Positions 47,401-56,482 of a stretch of DNA of 64,000 nt are shown one piece after another. Each line of letters begins with the position of its first letter. Position 1 is the first letter of the stretch. The stretch lies in the IMG/VR virus record IMGVR_UViG_3300042691_022450. One strand, 5' to 3'. Both the position numbers and the translations under genes were made by a program. The notes beneath the pieces were generated by a model. The model was not told the DNA's origin. It worked only from the letters and a program-made list of their open reading frames with translations, and made no database searches. This DNA comes from a virus.

Positions 47401-48885
47401 GATAACATTCAAGGAAAAGTAAATACTTCTGGTTCGTATTCATTAACAAATAATGGATCAGAAATAACTAATGCAACAGCAACTAGTTCTATAGAATTGA
47501 CAAATGGTTTATATTTTAAAGTAAATCATAATAATCACGGAATGTATGCAGCAAATAATCAAGTAATTTTAAGTGGAATTGAATCCGATTATTCACCAGA
47601 AACTTTAGTTAGTGATTATTCTGCCACATCTACTGATAATATTGTAGTTTCTTCTGGTTCTATTTTTTCTACTTTTGAAAATGTTGGTGTTGCATCAACA
47701 AATCCAGGATATATTTTAATTGATCAAGAAATTATTAAATATACTGGAGTTTCTGGAAATTCATTAACTGGAATAACAGGAAACAGAGGAATAGATGGAA
47801 CAATACCAACTTTACATAAAGCAAAATCTTTAGTATTTAAATATGAAATGAATGGCATTTCATTGAGAAGAATTAATAAAACACATACATTCACTGATGT
47901 TGATGTGAGTAATTATCCAATTGAAATGGATTCTTATTATTTAAAAATTGATACATCGTCAAAAACTGGAACAGACAGAACTACTGGAAGTGCTGTTGGT
48001 CCAGAACTATTCTTCAACCAATCAAAATCTTGTGGTTCTTATCTAACAAATACTCCACAACTGAATTCAATAAATGGACAAAAGGCAACGCAAAATTTAG
48101 TATTTAATAGTATTAGGCCAAACATAGTCACAATGTTACCAGACACAACTTCAATTTCTGCAAAATTGAGAACAACATCTGCGACTAGTGTAAATGGAAA
48201 TGAATTATCATTTATTGATTCTGGTTTTACTGATATTTCTTTAAACTCAAATAATGAATTTAATTCTTTAAAAATGATTTGCTCTAAGGTCAATGAAGAG
48301 TTTTATTTGAGTTCTTTACCTGGAAATAAATCGTTGACTATAGAAATGTCCTTACAGACCAAGGATTCTAAAGTTTCTCCTGTGATTGATTTTGATCGTG
48401 TAAGTTTAATTACTACTATGAATAGGATTGATACTCCAATTAAAAATTATTTAACTGACCCAAGAGTTAATCAATTAACTGGTGATCCAAATTCAGCAAT
48501 TTACTTATCAAAAATAGTAAAGTTAGAGAAATCATCAGACAACTTAAAAGTTTTATTTGATGCATACAGACATCAATCTAATGATATTAGAGTTCTTTAT
48601 CGTTTATTCAGAAATGATACTCCAGACGAACAACAAATATTTGAGTTTTTCCCAGGATATGATAATTTAGATCAAAATGGTAATATCGTAGATTCATCTA
48701 AAAATAATGGAAGACCAGATAGATTTGTGCAATCATCTAATACCATAAATGATTATGGAAATTATGAATTCACCGCAAAAAATTTGCCTTTATTTAATGG
48801 ATTTCAAATTAAAATTATTATGACAGGAACAAATCAAGCACAAGTTCCTTATATTAAAGACCTTCGTATTATTGCAACAATATGA
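41410..48885 (+). CDS. Large virion structural protein, VrlC-like (DUF4815 family)
   Basis: NLNVSPYFDDF, QSRELTTLQSILQ, APGADRLKI, ARRTYDESGDY, YLPRIDK, RYTMRDV, DPLAQSF, GSLFKSQN. Confidence 0.88.
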   Translation: MPQNTNLNVSPYFDDFSDQKGYQKVLFKPGTPIQSRELTTLQSILQNQIEKFGKHFFKEGSMVIPGQIGYDDQYYSVQIDESHLGIPVSSYIEKFVGKSIQGETSGVTAVVENYITNEQSERGNYTLYIKYKNSSSSNFTTRSFIDGENLISLEDVDYTLSTIQRNTSFATAIISNSTSIGSAAKIEEGVYFIRGFFLTVSKQTTILDQYENSPSYRVGLFIDEEIAVASNNYSDLFDNAQGFSNYSAPGADRLKISLSLIKKPLDDFNDENFVELMRLDSGVLVKFVNNSDYNLLKNEFARRTYDESGDYYIKPFNVFLKDSLNDKVGNSGIYSEKQKTSQGNVPSDDLACLSISPGKAYVRGYEIETISNISVDVEKPRTTEKVFNSSIPFNVGRKIIVNNVFGTIPVGFGTTSQVSLYGDRTSTVGVSSGTKIGIARVYDFKLKNAEYSNASTQFELFLYDVQTYTKLTLNSTITSLSTPAFIEGKSSGASGYLVSAVSNSSELVLYQVSGSFISNEQLKSNGEDLNRNVSSLIDYNLSDVHQITANESAGIGTFTADPLLSVQTLLAPSGTQFSISSSGTVTSGQENFYVGIKVGDVVSYTKQGDIVPTYNKVSAISTSGKNITIIPTTSVSGICSGTLPASNIAVNDFKKVSLEVLNNQNAFLYSKLNNSNISTVDLTGSEIIIRKSYQIPSSSFSSGSYSQILETDPNLTLLPFDEEDYNLSFSNGTIPPLNNQKLTVSGRTVSIQGITPNSNSSTLTVTFKKINVSSRKKIYNRCSSLIINKTSSGINTSTNGLTKSDIYGLRVEDKEISLNVPDVESIIGIFESSTSSDPILPNITLTNLNSNILNLIKGERIVGNDSNAVAVVVSSNSTNVVEFVYLNENSFYIGENVIFEESKISGKVDSILTGDKNIKNNYILDEGQKVEYLDFSKIVRKSEFSSPTKKLKIIFNNYTINSTDDGDLVSVDSYDKERYGKDISFVGSNSLSDVIDLRPRVAPYSGTYSPFEYESRKFESINSSKNIFSNNKDINLSYEYYLPRIDKLYLNKDGIFFISKGIPSIESKEPNSLDSSLEVATIRLPAYLYSTTDATIILSSHKRYTMRDVSRLEDRIKNIEYYTSLSLLESDTQNLSIRDPQTKLDRFKCGFFVDNFRSYNGGQIRSRDYKASIDTANGILRPSHYTTSIDLLIGSESVVGLGTISNPNTDLRFANDFGSPNIKKVGSQLLLNYSEVEYVKNIFATRSENVNPFHVINWIGSIELNPSSDSWIETRKTKKTVDIEGSYQQSMEQLGVDSNTGFSPIDWNSWETNWTGETISNGPEIGRISQGTTNLGNTTFDPSGSGRRQVTDTTTFRDDFLTFNNQTITKTGTSTREGIQYKVSEKFDSTNLGDRVVSREIIKKMRSRNIEIIARRLKPSSRFYCFFDNVDLTSYVIPKLLEVSMSSGTFSPGETVIGTLGTKSIRFRLSQQNHKYGPYDSATEVYVENPYQPENTLSSSYSSTTTILNVDTASLSINSESNFYGSLIQGMQIVGQTSNAIATVSEIRLVSDFSGVFIGSVLIPDSTIPSTPSFETGTKTLVLTTSSTNSTVVTSNESTAETNFYSEGTLDNVENSTLRIRNANIERLPQSETILASETETRLVSSNTSENRTTTSQRWVDPLAQSFEVADRNGVFITKCDIFFKTKDTKGVPVTLQIRSMRDGTPTQEILPFGEIVLNASDVNISEDGTVPTTFTFPSPIYLESVGSGYAIVLVSSSNEYNVWISRMGETDISTIDKPDSEKIIVSQQPTLGSLFKSQNGSTWEPSQLEDLKFTLYRADFVTSPASIRFYNPELAVGNNQIISLRPNPINTNSNSALIGIGTSLSPVQQSSLVIGNTISQTTNTNFTGKLKSLVGAVGINSELTLTNTGMGFTSGPKLYSNINLKTLTGFGNNAKVNLFVSGGVAVAATVTDGGSGYKIGDTLTVNSSDTDGFGKNLILTIPNSSGIISSFNSIIVDNIQGKVNTSGSYSLTNNGSEITNATATSSIELTNGLYFKVNHNNHGMYAANNQVILSGIESDYSPETLVSDYSATSTDNIVVSSGSIFSTFENVGVASTNPGYILIDQEIIKYTGVSGNSLTGITGNRGIDGTIPTLHKAKSLVFKYEMNGISLRRINKTHTFTDVDVSNYPIEMDSYYLKIDTSSKTGTDRTTGSAVGPELFFNQSKSCGSYLTNTPQLNSINGQKATQNLVFNSIRPNIVTMLPDTTSISAKLRTTSATSVNGNELSFIDSGFTDISLNSNNEFNSLKMICSKVNEEFYLSSLPGNKSLTIEMSLQTKDSKVSPVIDFDRVSLITTMNRIDTPIKNYLTDPRVNQLTGDPNSAIYLSKIVKLEKSSDNLKVLFDAYRHQSNDIRVLYRLFRNDTPDEQQIFEFFPGYDNLDQNGNIVDSSKNNGRPDRFVQSSNTINDYGNYEFTAKNLPLFNGFQIKIIMTGTNQAQVPYIKDLRIIATI

Positions 48886-49082
48886 TACCAGTAGAAGGAC
48901 ATAAAGGACTCTATAGAGATGAGACCACTAATGCAATTGTAAATTGTAATGACTATCAGTATCAAGAATATATAAAATTGAAAAATGAATCTTTGAGTGA
49001 AAAAGAAGAAATTGAAAATTTAAAAAATGAATTGTCAGAAGTTAAGAAATTGCTGAAAGATTTAATAAACAATCATTCATAA
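48882..49082 (+). CDS. Conserved cyanophage hypothetical protein
   Basis: MIPVEGHKGLYRD..TNAIVN followed by a coiled coil. Confidence 0.75.
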   Translation: MIPVEGHKGLYRDETTNAIVNCNDYQYQEYIKLKNESLSEKEEIENLKNELSEVKKLLKDLINNHS

Positions 49083-49111
49083 ATACTATAAAATAAAAGT
49101 TTTTTAATATA

Positions 49112-49465
49112 ATGTCTATATACGTAGTCAATATAGTAATTCCTTCTGGTTCTGATTTTAGTCAATCATTTTTTCTTGAAAGTGATGAATCAGATTCTGC
49201 TTTTAATTTGACTAACTATAGTGTGTATTCAATGATCAAAAAAAGTCCATTATCTCTGACAACAGCAGCAAATTTCAATGCTTCTATTGTCTCCCCTCCA
49301 ACTCAAGGTCAAATAATCATTTCTTTGGGATCTAGTATTACTGCATCGTTAAAACCAGGAAGATATTCTTATGATGTTTTAATAAAAAATAATTCATCAG
49401 GATTAAAAACTAGAGTTATTGAAGGAAGTGCTTTAGTTACAGCAGGAATTACAACAACGGTGTAA
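49112..49465 (+). CDS. Putative virion adaptor protein
   Basis: G.DF...F, FNLTNY, LKPGRYSYDV, TRVIEGSALVTAGIT; TAAATA at 49080. Confidence 0.7.
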   Translation: MSIYVVNIVIPSGSDFSQSFFLESDESDSAFNLTNYSVYSMIKKSPLSLTTAANFNASIVSPPTQGQIIISLGSSITASLKPGRYSYDVLIKNNSSGLKTRVIEGSALVTAGITTTV

Positions 49466-49468
49466 AAA

Positions 49469-50284
49469 ATGGCTCAACCATCAACAAGGCAGGGATTAAT
49501 TGATTATTGTTTGAGAAAACTGGGATATCCAGTTTTGGAAATAAACGTTGATGAAGATCAAATTGATGATTTGGTTGACGATGCAATTCAATATTTTAAT
49601 GAAAGGCATTTTGATGGAATAGAAAGAGTATATTTAAAACACAAATTAACTCCCGAAGAAAAAACCACAATAAGAACAGGAGTTTCTACAACCACTGCAA
49701 CTAGTGGTGTTGGAATTACAGCAATTTCTTTTCAGGAATCAAATAATTTTATAAAATTACCAGATACTGTAATTGGAGTATTTAATGTCTTTAAATCAGA
49801 TGCAAATACAATATCCAGTGGGTTGTTTAATATAAAATATCAGTTATTTTTGAATGATTTATATTATTATGGAGCATTGGACCTGTTAAATTATGCAATG
49901 GTAAAAACTCATCTTGAAGATATTAGTAGAATTATCACTCCAGATGTTCAATTGAGATTCAATAAAAAACAACACAGATTATATTTGGATATTGATTGGG
50001 CTATGGTTAATGAAAATAGTTATATTATTATTGATTGCTTTAGAATTGTTGATCCATCAGATTTTCCAAAAGTTTACAATGACTGGTGGATAAAAAAATA
50101 TTTAACTGCACTCATTAAAAGGCAGTGGGGTCAAAATCTCATTAAATTTAATGGTGTCCAACTTCCAGGCGGAATTACTTTAAATGGAAGACAAATTTAT
50201 GATGATGCAATTTTGGAAATAGAAAAACTTGAAGAAAAACTTCATAATGAATATGAATTACCACCAATGGATATGATCGGATAA
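49469..50284 (+). CDS. gp13: Neck protein gp13
   Basis: LIDYCLRKLGYPVLEINV, QWGQNLIKF.GVQLPGGITLNG. Confidence 0.93.
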   Translation: MAQPSTRQGLIDYCLRKLGYPVLEINVDEDQIDDLVDDAIQYFNERHFDGIERVYLKHKLTPEEKTTIRTGVSTTTATSGVGITAISFQESNNFIKLPDTVIGVFNVFKSDANTISSGLFNIKYQLFLNDLYYYGALDLLNYAMVKTHLEDISRIITPDVQLRFNKKQHRLYLDIDWAMVNENSYIIIDCFRIVDPSDFPKVYNDWWIKKYLTALIKRQWGQNLIKFNGVQLPGGITLNGRQIYDDAILEIEKLEEKLHNEYELPPMDMIG

Positions 50285-51660
50285 TGTCACCATTAAATCC
50301 TTATTTCTTACACGGTTCATCAAGTGAACAAAGACTTGTCCAAGACTTAATCAATGAGCAATTGAGAATGTATGGTCAAGATGTTGTTTATATGCCAAGA
50401 AAATTAATTAATGAAAAATCTATCATTAAAGAGGCAATTGTTTCTAAGTTTGATGATAGTTTTAGAATAGAAGCATATGTAATGAATTTTGAAGGTTTTG
50501 GGGGACAAGGTGATATTTTAAGTAAATTTGGAGTAAGAACAACGGATGAATTAAATTTAATCATATCAAAAGAAAGATATGAAGATTTTATTTCCCCATT
50601 TTTGGTTTCAGATCAAAAAGTAAAAGTTGCTACAAGACCACAAGAAGGAGACCTTATTTATTTTCCTCTTGATAATTCTTTGTTTGAAATTAAATATGTA
50701 GAAGGAAAACAACCATTTTATCAATTGAATAATTTATATGTTTATCAATTGAAGTGTGAGATATTTGAATATGAAGATGAAAACATTTCAACAACAATTG
50801 AAGAAATTGATAAATCTGTTCAAGAGTTTGGGTACATTCAAACAATTACAATGGTAAGTTCCGGTGCAACTGCTGCATCGGCAAGTATTTCAAATTTACC
50901 ATCACCAAGTTCTCTTCAATATATTGATCTAATTAATGATGGAACTGGGTATTTGACAACTCCAACAATTCGTATTGAAAAAGCACCTGTTGGTGGAACA
51001 GACGCATCAGCAGTTGCAATTATGACATATAGACCACCAAGAAATGGTAGCTCTATAGATAAAATTTTACTCATAAATCCTGGAGCAGGATATACAGTAC
51101 CACCAAAAGTTGAAATATTAAGTGATACTGGAACTGGTGGAATCGCAACAGCAGTCATTTCTAATGGTTCTCTTGGACAAATATCAATATTAACTAATGG
51201 ATCTGGATATTCTTCTGCACCAACTGTTTCAATATCTTCTGCACCTTCTGGTGGCACAAATGCAACTGCATTGGCATTTATAAATTCTTCCGGAATAGTT
51301 ACAGCAATTAGGTATACAAATACCGGTGCTGGATACACTTCACTCCCATCTATTACATTGTCCTCTCCTGTTGGAACTTCCACTGGAAACTTTATATTTA
51401 ATGAGTCAATCAGAGGAGTTTCTACAGGGACAACAGCATATGTTAAAGATTGGGATGCAGACACCAAAGTCCTTAAAGTTTCAATTGCAAATGGAAACTT
51501 TGCTCTTGGTGAATTAATAGTTGGTTCTAATGCAACTCATAAAGTATTTTCAATTCAATCTGATGATTTGTATGACCCATATGCTCAAAATACTGAAATA
51601 GAAAATGAATCAGATTCAATGTTAGACTTCTCTCAAAGAAATCCATTTGGTGATTACTAG
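50284..51660 (+). CDS. gp14: Neck protein gp14 with an internal GxGY-repeat insertion
   Basis: EQRLVQDLINEQLRMYG, ILSKFG, RPQEGDLIYFP, PFYQL and NPFG end. Confidence 0.9.
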   Translation: MSPLNPYFLHGSSSEQRLVQDLINEQLRMYGQDVVYMPRKLINEKSIIKEAIVSKFDDSFRIEAYVMNFEGFGGQGDILSKFGVRTTDELNLIISKERYEDFISPFLVSDQKVKVATRPQEGDLIYFPLDNSLFEIKYVEGKQPFYQLNNLYVYQLKCEIFEYEDENISTTIEEIDKSVQEFGYIQTITMVSSGATAASASISNLPSPSSLQYIDLINDGTGYLTTPTIRIEKAPVGGTDASAVAIMTYRPPRNGSSIDKILLINPGAGYTVPPKVEILSDTGTGGIATAVISNGSLGQISILTNGSGYSSAPTVSISSAPSGGTNATALAFINSSGIVTAIRYTNTGAGYTSLPSITLSSPVGTSTGNFIFNESIRGVSTGTTAYVKDWDADTKVLKVSIANGNFALGELIVGSNATHKVFSIQSDDLYDPYAQNTEIENESDSMLDFSQRNPFGDY

Positions 51661-51695
51661 TTATTAATTACTAAATAATTATAAAGTGTTTGATT

Positions 51696-52754
51696 ATGTT
51701 AGGAAATTATAGTTATCACGAAATTATAAGAAAGACGGTTATATCTTTTGGTACGCTTTTTAATAATATTTTAATCAAACACGAAGAGCAAGATGGAACT
51801 GATTATAGTTTAATCAAAGTTCCCATTGCGTATGGACCAATACAGAAGTTTTTAGCAAGATTAGAACAGAAGCCAGACTTGAGAAAAAGAGTTGCATTGA
51901 CTCTTCCTCGTATGTCTTTTGAATTAACTAGTATCAATTATGATGCAAGCAGAAAGGTATCTACGGTACAAACATTCAAAACATTAAATTCCGAGAATCA
52001 AAATAAAGCAATAAAAGTTTATATGCCAGTCCCATACAATTTGGGAATAAAATTAAGCATAATGGCAAAATATAATGATGATATGCTCCAAATTTTGGAG
52101 CAAATTTTGCCATTTTTCCAACCATCATTTAGTTTAACTATTGATTTAGTATCATCCATTGGAGAAAAAAAAGATGTTCCAATGATATTGGAAAATATTC
52201 AAATGGAAGATAATTACGAAAGTGACTTTACCACAAGAAGAGTTTTAGTTTATACTCTAAATTTTGTTGCCAAAACTTATATTTTTGGACCAATTGCAGA
52301 TAGTACAGAAGGTTTAATTAAAAAAGTGCAAGTTGATTACTATACGGATACAAATATAAAAAATTCATCAAGACAGTTGAGATACACAGCAACACCAAGA
52401 GCAATTAAAGATTACAATAATGATAATACAAATACACTAACAGAAGATATTAATGAGTATGTTACAAAAATTTCTGTTTCTGATGCTTCACTACTGAGCG
52501 AAAATACTTACATTATGATAGAAAAAGAAGAATTACTCATTAAATCTATTGAAGGAAATGACTTAACAGTATTAAGGGGACAAGACGGAACAACGGCAGT
52601 TCCGCATTTAATTAATTCTTCAATTGATGTAATAAATGCGGTTGATGATAGTTTAGTTGAACCAGAAGATGATTTTGGATTTAATGAAAGTTATTTTGAT
52701 TTTGGTGATGGAAAAATTTATAGTCCAACAAAAGGAATAGATGTATCATTATGA
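51696..52754 (+). CDS. gp15: Tail sheath stabiliser / tail terminator gp15
   Basis: FGTLFNNI, VPIAYGP.QKFLARL, LPRMSFE, QILEQILPFFQP. Confidence 0.92.
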   Translation: MLGNYSYHEIIRKTVISFGTLFNNILIKHEEQDGTDYSLIKVPIAYGPIQKFLARLEQKPDLRKRVALTLPRMSFELTSINYDASRKVSTVQTFKTLNSENQNKAIKVYMPVPYNLGIKLSIMAKYNDDMLQILEQILPFFQPSFSLTIDLVSSIGEKKDVPMILENIQMEDNYESDFTTRRVLVYTLNFVAKTYIFGPIADSTEGLIKKVQVDYYTDTNIKNSSRQLRYTATPRAIKDYNNDNTNTLTEDINEYVTKISVSDASLLSENTYIMIEKEELLIKSIEGNDLTVLRGQDGTTAVPHLINSSIDVINAVDDSLVEPEDDFGFNESYFDFGDGKIYSPTKGIDVSL

Positions 52755-53173
52755 CAAGTAAATTTGAAAATATAGACGAAGCATTAGAAATAGAAGCAAC
52801 TTCTGTATCAAAAGAAATTGTAAAAAAATCAAAAGAAGCAATAGCAAGACCAATCTCTGGAGAAGAAAGTGATAAGGATTATGAATACACACGAGGAAAT
52901 TTGTATTCATTGATTGAAAAGGGTCAAGAAGCAATTGATAGTATTATGGATTTAGCACAACAAAGTGATAGTCCAAGAGCATATGAAGTTGCAGGTCAAT
53001 TAATTAAAAATGTTGGTGATGTGACTGATAAGTTAATTGATTTGCAGCATAAAATGAAAAAACTTAAAGAAGAAGATGCTAGAGGTCCTTCTACCGTTAA
53101 TAACTCTGTTTTTATTGGTTCCACTGCGGATCTCCAAAAATTACTCAAACAAGGATTTGCCGACAATAAATAG
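52751..53173 (+). CDS. gp16: Terminase small subunit gp16
   Basis: DYEYTRGNLY, SDSPRAYEVAG, NNSVFIGSTADLQK. Confidence 0.92.
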   Translation: MTSKFENIDEALEIEATSVSKEIVKKSKEAIARPISGEESDKDYEYTRGNLYSLIEKGQEAIDSIMDLAQQSDSPRAYEVAGQLIKNVGDVTDKLIDLQHKMKKLKEEDARGPSTVNNSVFIGSTADLQKLLKQGFADNK

Positions 53174-53183
53174 TTCAAAAACT

Positions 53184-54362
53184 ATGAAAACTTTTTCACA
53201 ATTTCTTTTAGAAGCAACTGACCCAAAGGGACCCATTAAGAAATATATGTCCTTAGAAGAGATTGCGAAAAAGCATAAAATCTCAATGAAAACTTTAAGT
53301 TCCCAATTAGAGATGGGAATTAAAGTAGAAAGTGAACATACTGGAAGCAAAAGAATGGCAAAAATGATTGCCCTTCAACACTTAGAAGAACTGCCCGATT
53401 ATTATACAAGATTGAAGAAAGCAGAAAAAATTAAAGAAGAAACTGCATCTGGTGATGAAACTCTTGGGGATTGGTTTAGGAAATCCGACGCAATAGACCC
53501 CAAAACTGGAAGAAAAGTTCCGGGGTGGCGTCAGATTGGTGGACCATTTGCTGGTGCTCCTTGTGCTCGTCAACCTGGACAAACTTCTACTCCAAAATGC
53601 GGAAGTTCCAAGATGGCAGCAAACTTATCAGATGAAGAAGAGGATAAAGCATTTAGAAGAAAAAATAAAAAAGATCCAAATCAACCACAAAAATCTGGTT
53701 CTGCAAAACCAACTAATGTTGCAACAGAAGAAACTATTATTGAGAAAAAAGATGCTTGCTACCATAAAGTAAAATCTAGATATAGAGTTTGGCCTTCTGC
53801 TTATGCTTCTGGTGCTTTGGTTAAGTGCCGTAAGGTTGGTGCAGATAGTTGGGGAACAAAAACAGAAAGTACTGATGCTCTTGCATATGATTGGGATGGA
53901 CCAATATATCAAGGGGAAAAGAGATATTGTCCCAACTGCCAAAAGATGGAATATATGAAAGAGTGCAAATATGGTCCAAAGTATTGGTTGTTATATTCTT
54001 CTGCAGTTGAACCGACATTTCCCACGATTCAAATTTATAATAAAAAATATGACCCAAATAGACCCCATCCAGCAAATGAGGAAGTAAAATACAATTACTC
54101 TGACAATAAAATAAAAAATATCCGAGAAATATATACTAGAATACAATCAAGAGGTTCAACTTATACTATAATTTTTAATTGGAGAGGAAGATCTCTTTCA
54201 TCTCAAATGTTTTTCCCCCAATTCACTAGACCATCAAAACCACAGGTGACTTATGAACTGAGAAAAATATACCCAGGTGCTATTGTTTTAACTTTCAACC
54301 CTGCACCAAAAGACCCAACAAAACCTTTATTATTTACAGGAGAATTAGATGGATCCAGATAA
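53184..54362 (+). CDS. Multi-domain hypothetical protein between the terminase genes
   Basis: MKTFSQFL start; GIKVESEHT...IALQHLEELPDYYTRL block; KKDACYHKVKSRY..WPSAYASGALVKCRK block; TAAATA at 53167. Confidence 0.7.
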   Translation: MKTFSQFLLEATDPKGPIKKYMSLEEIAKKHKISMKTLSSQLEMGIKVESEHTGSKRMAKMIALQHLEELPDYYTRLKKAEKIKEETASGDETLGDWFRKSDAIDPKTGRKVPGWRQIGGPFAGAPCARQPGQTSTPKCGSSKMAANLSDEEEDKAFRRKNKKDPNQPQKSGSAKPTNVATEETIIEKKDACYHKVKSRYRVWPSAYASGALVKCRKVGADSWGTKTESTDALAYDWDGPIYQGEKRYCPNCQKMEYMKECKYGPKYWLLYSSAVEPTFPTIQIYNKKYDPNRPHPANEEVKYNYSDNKIKNIREIYTRIQSRGSTYTIIFNWRGRSLSSQMFFPQFTRPSKPQVTYELRKIYPGAIVLTFNPAPKDPTKPLLFTGELDGSR

Positions 54363-54537
54363 AATTATTCTTGATTGTTTATCTAAAAATTTTGAATATG
54401 AAAGGATTTCAAGAGAATTAGATACTTGCGAAAATATAGAACAAGTAAAAGATATAGCAAAATCATTTGTTAAATTATATTTGAAGCAACAAGAAGTTAT
54501 GACACAAATTGGTATAATTGATGGAAAAACATTATAA
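54349..54537 (+). CDS. Small helical protein, possibly NblA-like
   Basis: 62 aa, MDPDKIILDCLSKNFEYERISRELD...KSFVKLYLKQQEV. Size and helix-hairpin pattern resemble NblA. Confidence 0.4.
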   Translation: MDPDKIILDCLSKNFEYERISRELDTCENIEQVKDIAKSFVKLYLKQQEVMTQIGIIDGKTL

Positions 54538-56167
54538 GGGAAATCCCAATCTAAAAGCAGAAAATGTTCAAATTGAATTTACGACAGAACAAATTCAAGA
54601 ATACTTAAAATGCAAAAGTGACCCAATTCATTTTGCAAAAAATTATGTAAGAATTGTCTCTCTTGATCACGGATTAGTTCCGTTTGATATGTATGATTTT
54701 CAAGAAGAATTGATTACAAACTTTCACGAGAATAGATTTAATATTGCAAAATTACCAAGGCAAACAGGTAAATCTACGACTGTTGTTTCATATTTGTTGC
54801 ATTATGCTCTCTTCAATGACAACATAAGAATCGCAATTCTAGCAAACAAAGCAGAAACTGCAAGAGAACTTTTAGGTAGATTGCAATTATCTTATGAAAA
54901 TTTACCAAAGTGGTTGCAGCAGGGTGTTGGTTCTTGGAATAAAGGTTCGTTGGAACTTGAAAATGGTTCCAAAATTGTAGCAGCATCTACCTCATCTTCT
55001 GCCGTCCGAGGAAACTCTTTTAATATTATTTTCTTGGACGAATTTGCATTCATTCCAAATCATATTGCAGAGCAGTTCTTCTCTTCTGTGTATCCTACTA
55101 TTTCTTCGGGACAGAGTACAAAGGTTATTATCATCTCAACTCCAAATGGGATGAATATGTTTTATAAACTTTGGCACGATGCAGAAAGAGGAAAGAATGG
55201 TTATGTTCCACTAGAAGTCCATTGGTCTGCGGTGCCTGGAAGAGATGCAGAGTGGAAACGGCAAACAATTGCGAATACTTCCGAAAGACAATTCACACAA
55301 GAGTTTGAGTGCGAATTTTTGGGGTCTGTTGATACTTTGATTACTCCATCAAAACTTAGAATGATGGTTTATGATGATCCATTAACCAGAAATAAAGGAT
55401 TGGATGTTTATGAAGAACCACAAGAAAAAAATACTTATTTAATGACTGTAGATGTTTCTCGTGGAATGAGTAATGACTATTCTGCATTTATTGTATTTGA
55501 TATTAGTCAATTCCCATATAAGGTAGTCGCAAAATATAGAAATAATGAAATTAAACCTATGCTTTTTCCAAATATCATTCACGAAGTCGCAAAAGCTTAT
55601 AATAAAGCATTTGTCCTCACTGAAGTAAATGATATCGGGGAACAGGTATCAAGTATTTTGCATTTTGATTTAGAATATGACAATATTTTGATGTGCTCTA
55701 TGAGAGGTCGTGCAGGTCAATTGGTTGGTCAAGGATTTTCCGGAAAGAAAACTCAATTGGGAATTAAAATGTCCAAAACCGTCAAAAAAGTTGGATGTTC
55801 AAACTTAAAAACAATCATTGAAGATGATAAATTATTAATAAAAGATTATGATATTATTAGTGAATTGACAACTTTTATTCAAAAAAGTCAATCTTTTGAG
55901 GCAGAAGAAGGTTGCAATGATGACCTTGCGATGTGTCTTGTAATTTTTGCTTGGTTGGTCGTTCAGGACTATTTTAAAGAGATGACTGACAACGATGTTC
56001 GTAAAAGAATTTACGAAGATCAAAGGGATCAAATAGAACAAGATATGGCACCATTTGGATTTTTATCAGATGGATTAAGTGAAGAAACTTCTTTTGTTGA
56101 TGAAGATGGAGATAGATGGCATTTGGACGAATATGGAGATAGATCATATATGTGGGAATACAGATAA
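54521..56167 (+). CDS. gp17: Terminase large subunit gp17
   Basis: PRQTGKST Walker A, FLDEFAF Walker B, STPNG, QEFECEF, DVSRG, DDLAM. Confidence 0.97.
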   Translation: MEKHYKGNPNLKAENVQIEFTTEQIQEYLKCKSDPIHFAKNYVRIVSLDHGLVPFDMYDFQEELITNFHENRFNIAKLPRQTGKSTTVVSYLLHYALFNDNIRIAILANKAETARELLGRLQLSYENLPKWLQQGVGSWNKGSLELENGSKIVAASTSSSAVRGNSFNIIFLDEFAFIPNHIAEQFFSSVYPTISSGQSTKVIIISTPNGMNMFYKLWHDAERGKNGYVPLEVHWSAVPGRDAEWKRQTIANTSERQFTQEFECEFLGSVDTLITPSKLRMMVYDDPLTRNKGLDVYEEPQEKNTYLMTVDVSRGMSNDYSAFIVFDISQFPYKVVAKYRNNEIKPMLFPNIIHEVAKAYNKAFVLTEVNDIGEQVSSILHFDLEYDNILMCSMRGRAGQLVGQGFSGKKTQLGIKMSKTVKKVGCSNLKTIIEDDKLLIKDYDIISELTTFIQKSQSFEAEEGCNDDLAMCLVIFAWLVVQDYFKEMTDNDVRKRIYEDQRDQIEQDMAPFGFLSDGLSEETSFVDEDGDRWHLDEYGDRSYMWEYR

Positions 56168-56398
56168 ATGAATATAAGTGACCAATTTGAATTAGAGCAC
56201 TTATTTTTAACAGAGAGAAAATGCAGAGTATGTAAAGAAATAAAAGATTTAATTGATGGTTTTTATTTAACTCGCAAAGGAAGGGGGGACATACCGTCAG
56301 CATATTCATATGAATGTAAAAATTGTACAGTAAAAAGAATTATACAAAGTAGGAAAAAAATTAGAAATATACCAAATTGGGAATATCCAGATTGGTAA
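56168..56398 (+). CDS. Small CxxC...CxxC zinc-finger protein
   Basis: RKCRVC...YECKNC; ends in YPDW. Confidence 0.75.
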   Translation: MNISDQFELEHLFLTERKCRVCKEIKDLIDGFYLTRKGRGDIPSAYSYECKNCTVKRIIQSRKKIRNIPNWEYPDW

Positions 56399-56482
56399 TG
56401 TTCACGGGTGGTTTCCCCATTGTAACGTATCTAATTTATAAATACTTCTAGGCAAAATGAACTTCTTAACGAGGGGAAACAA

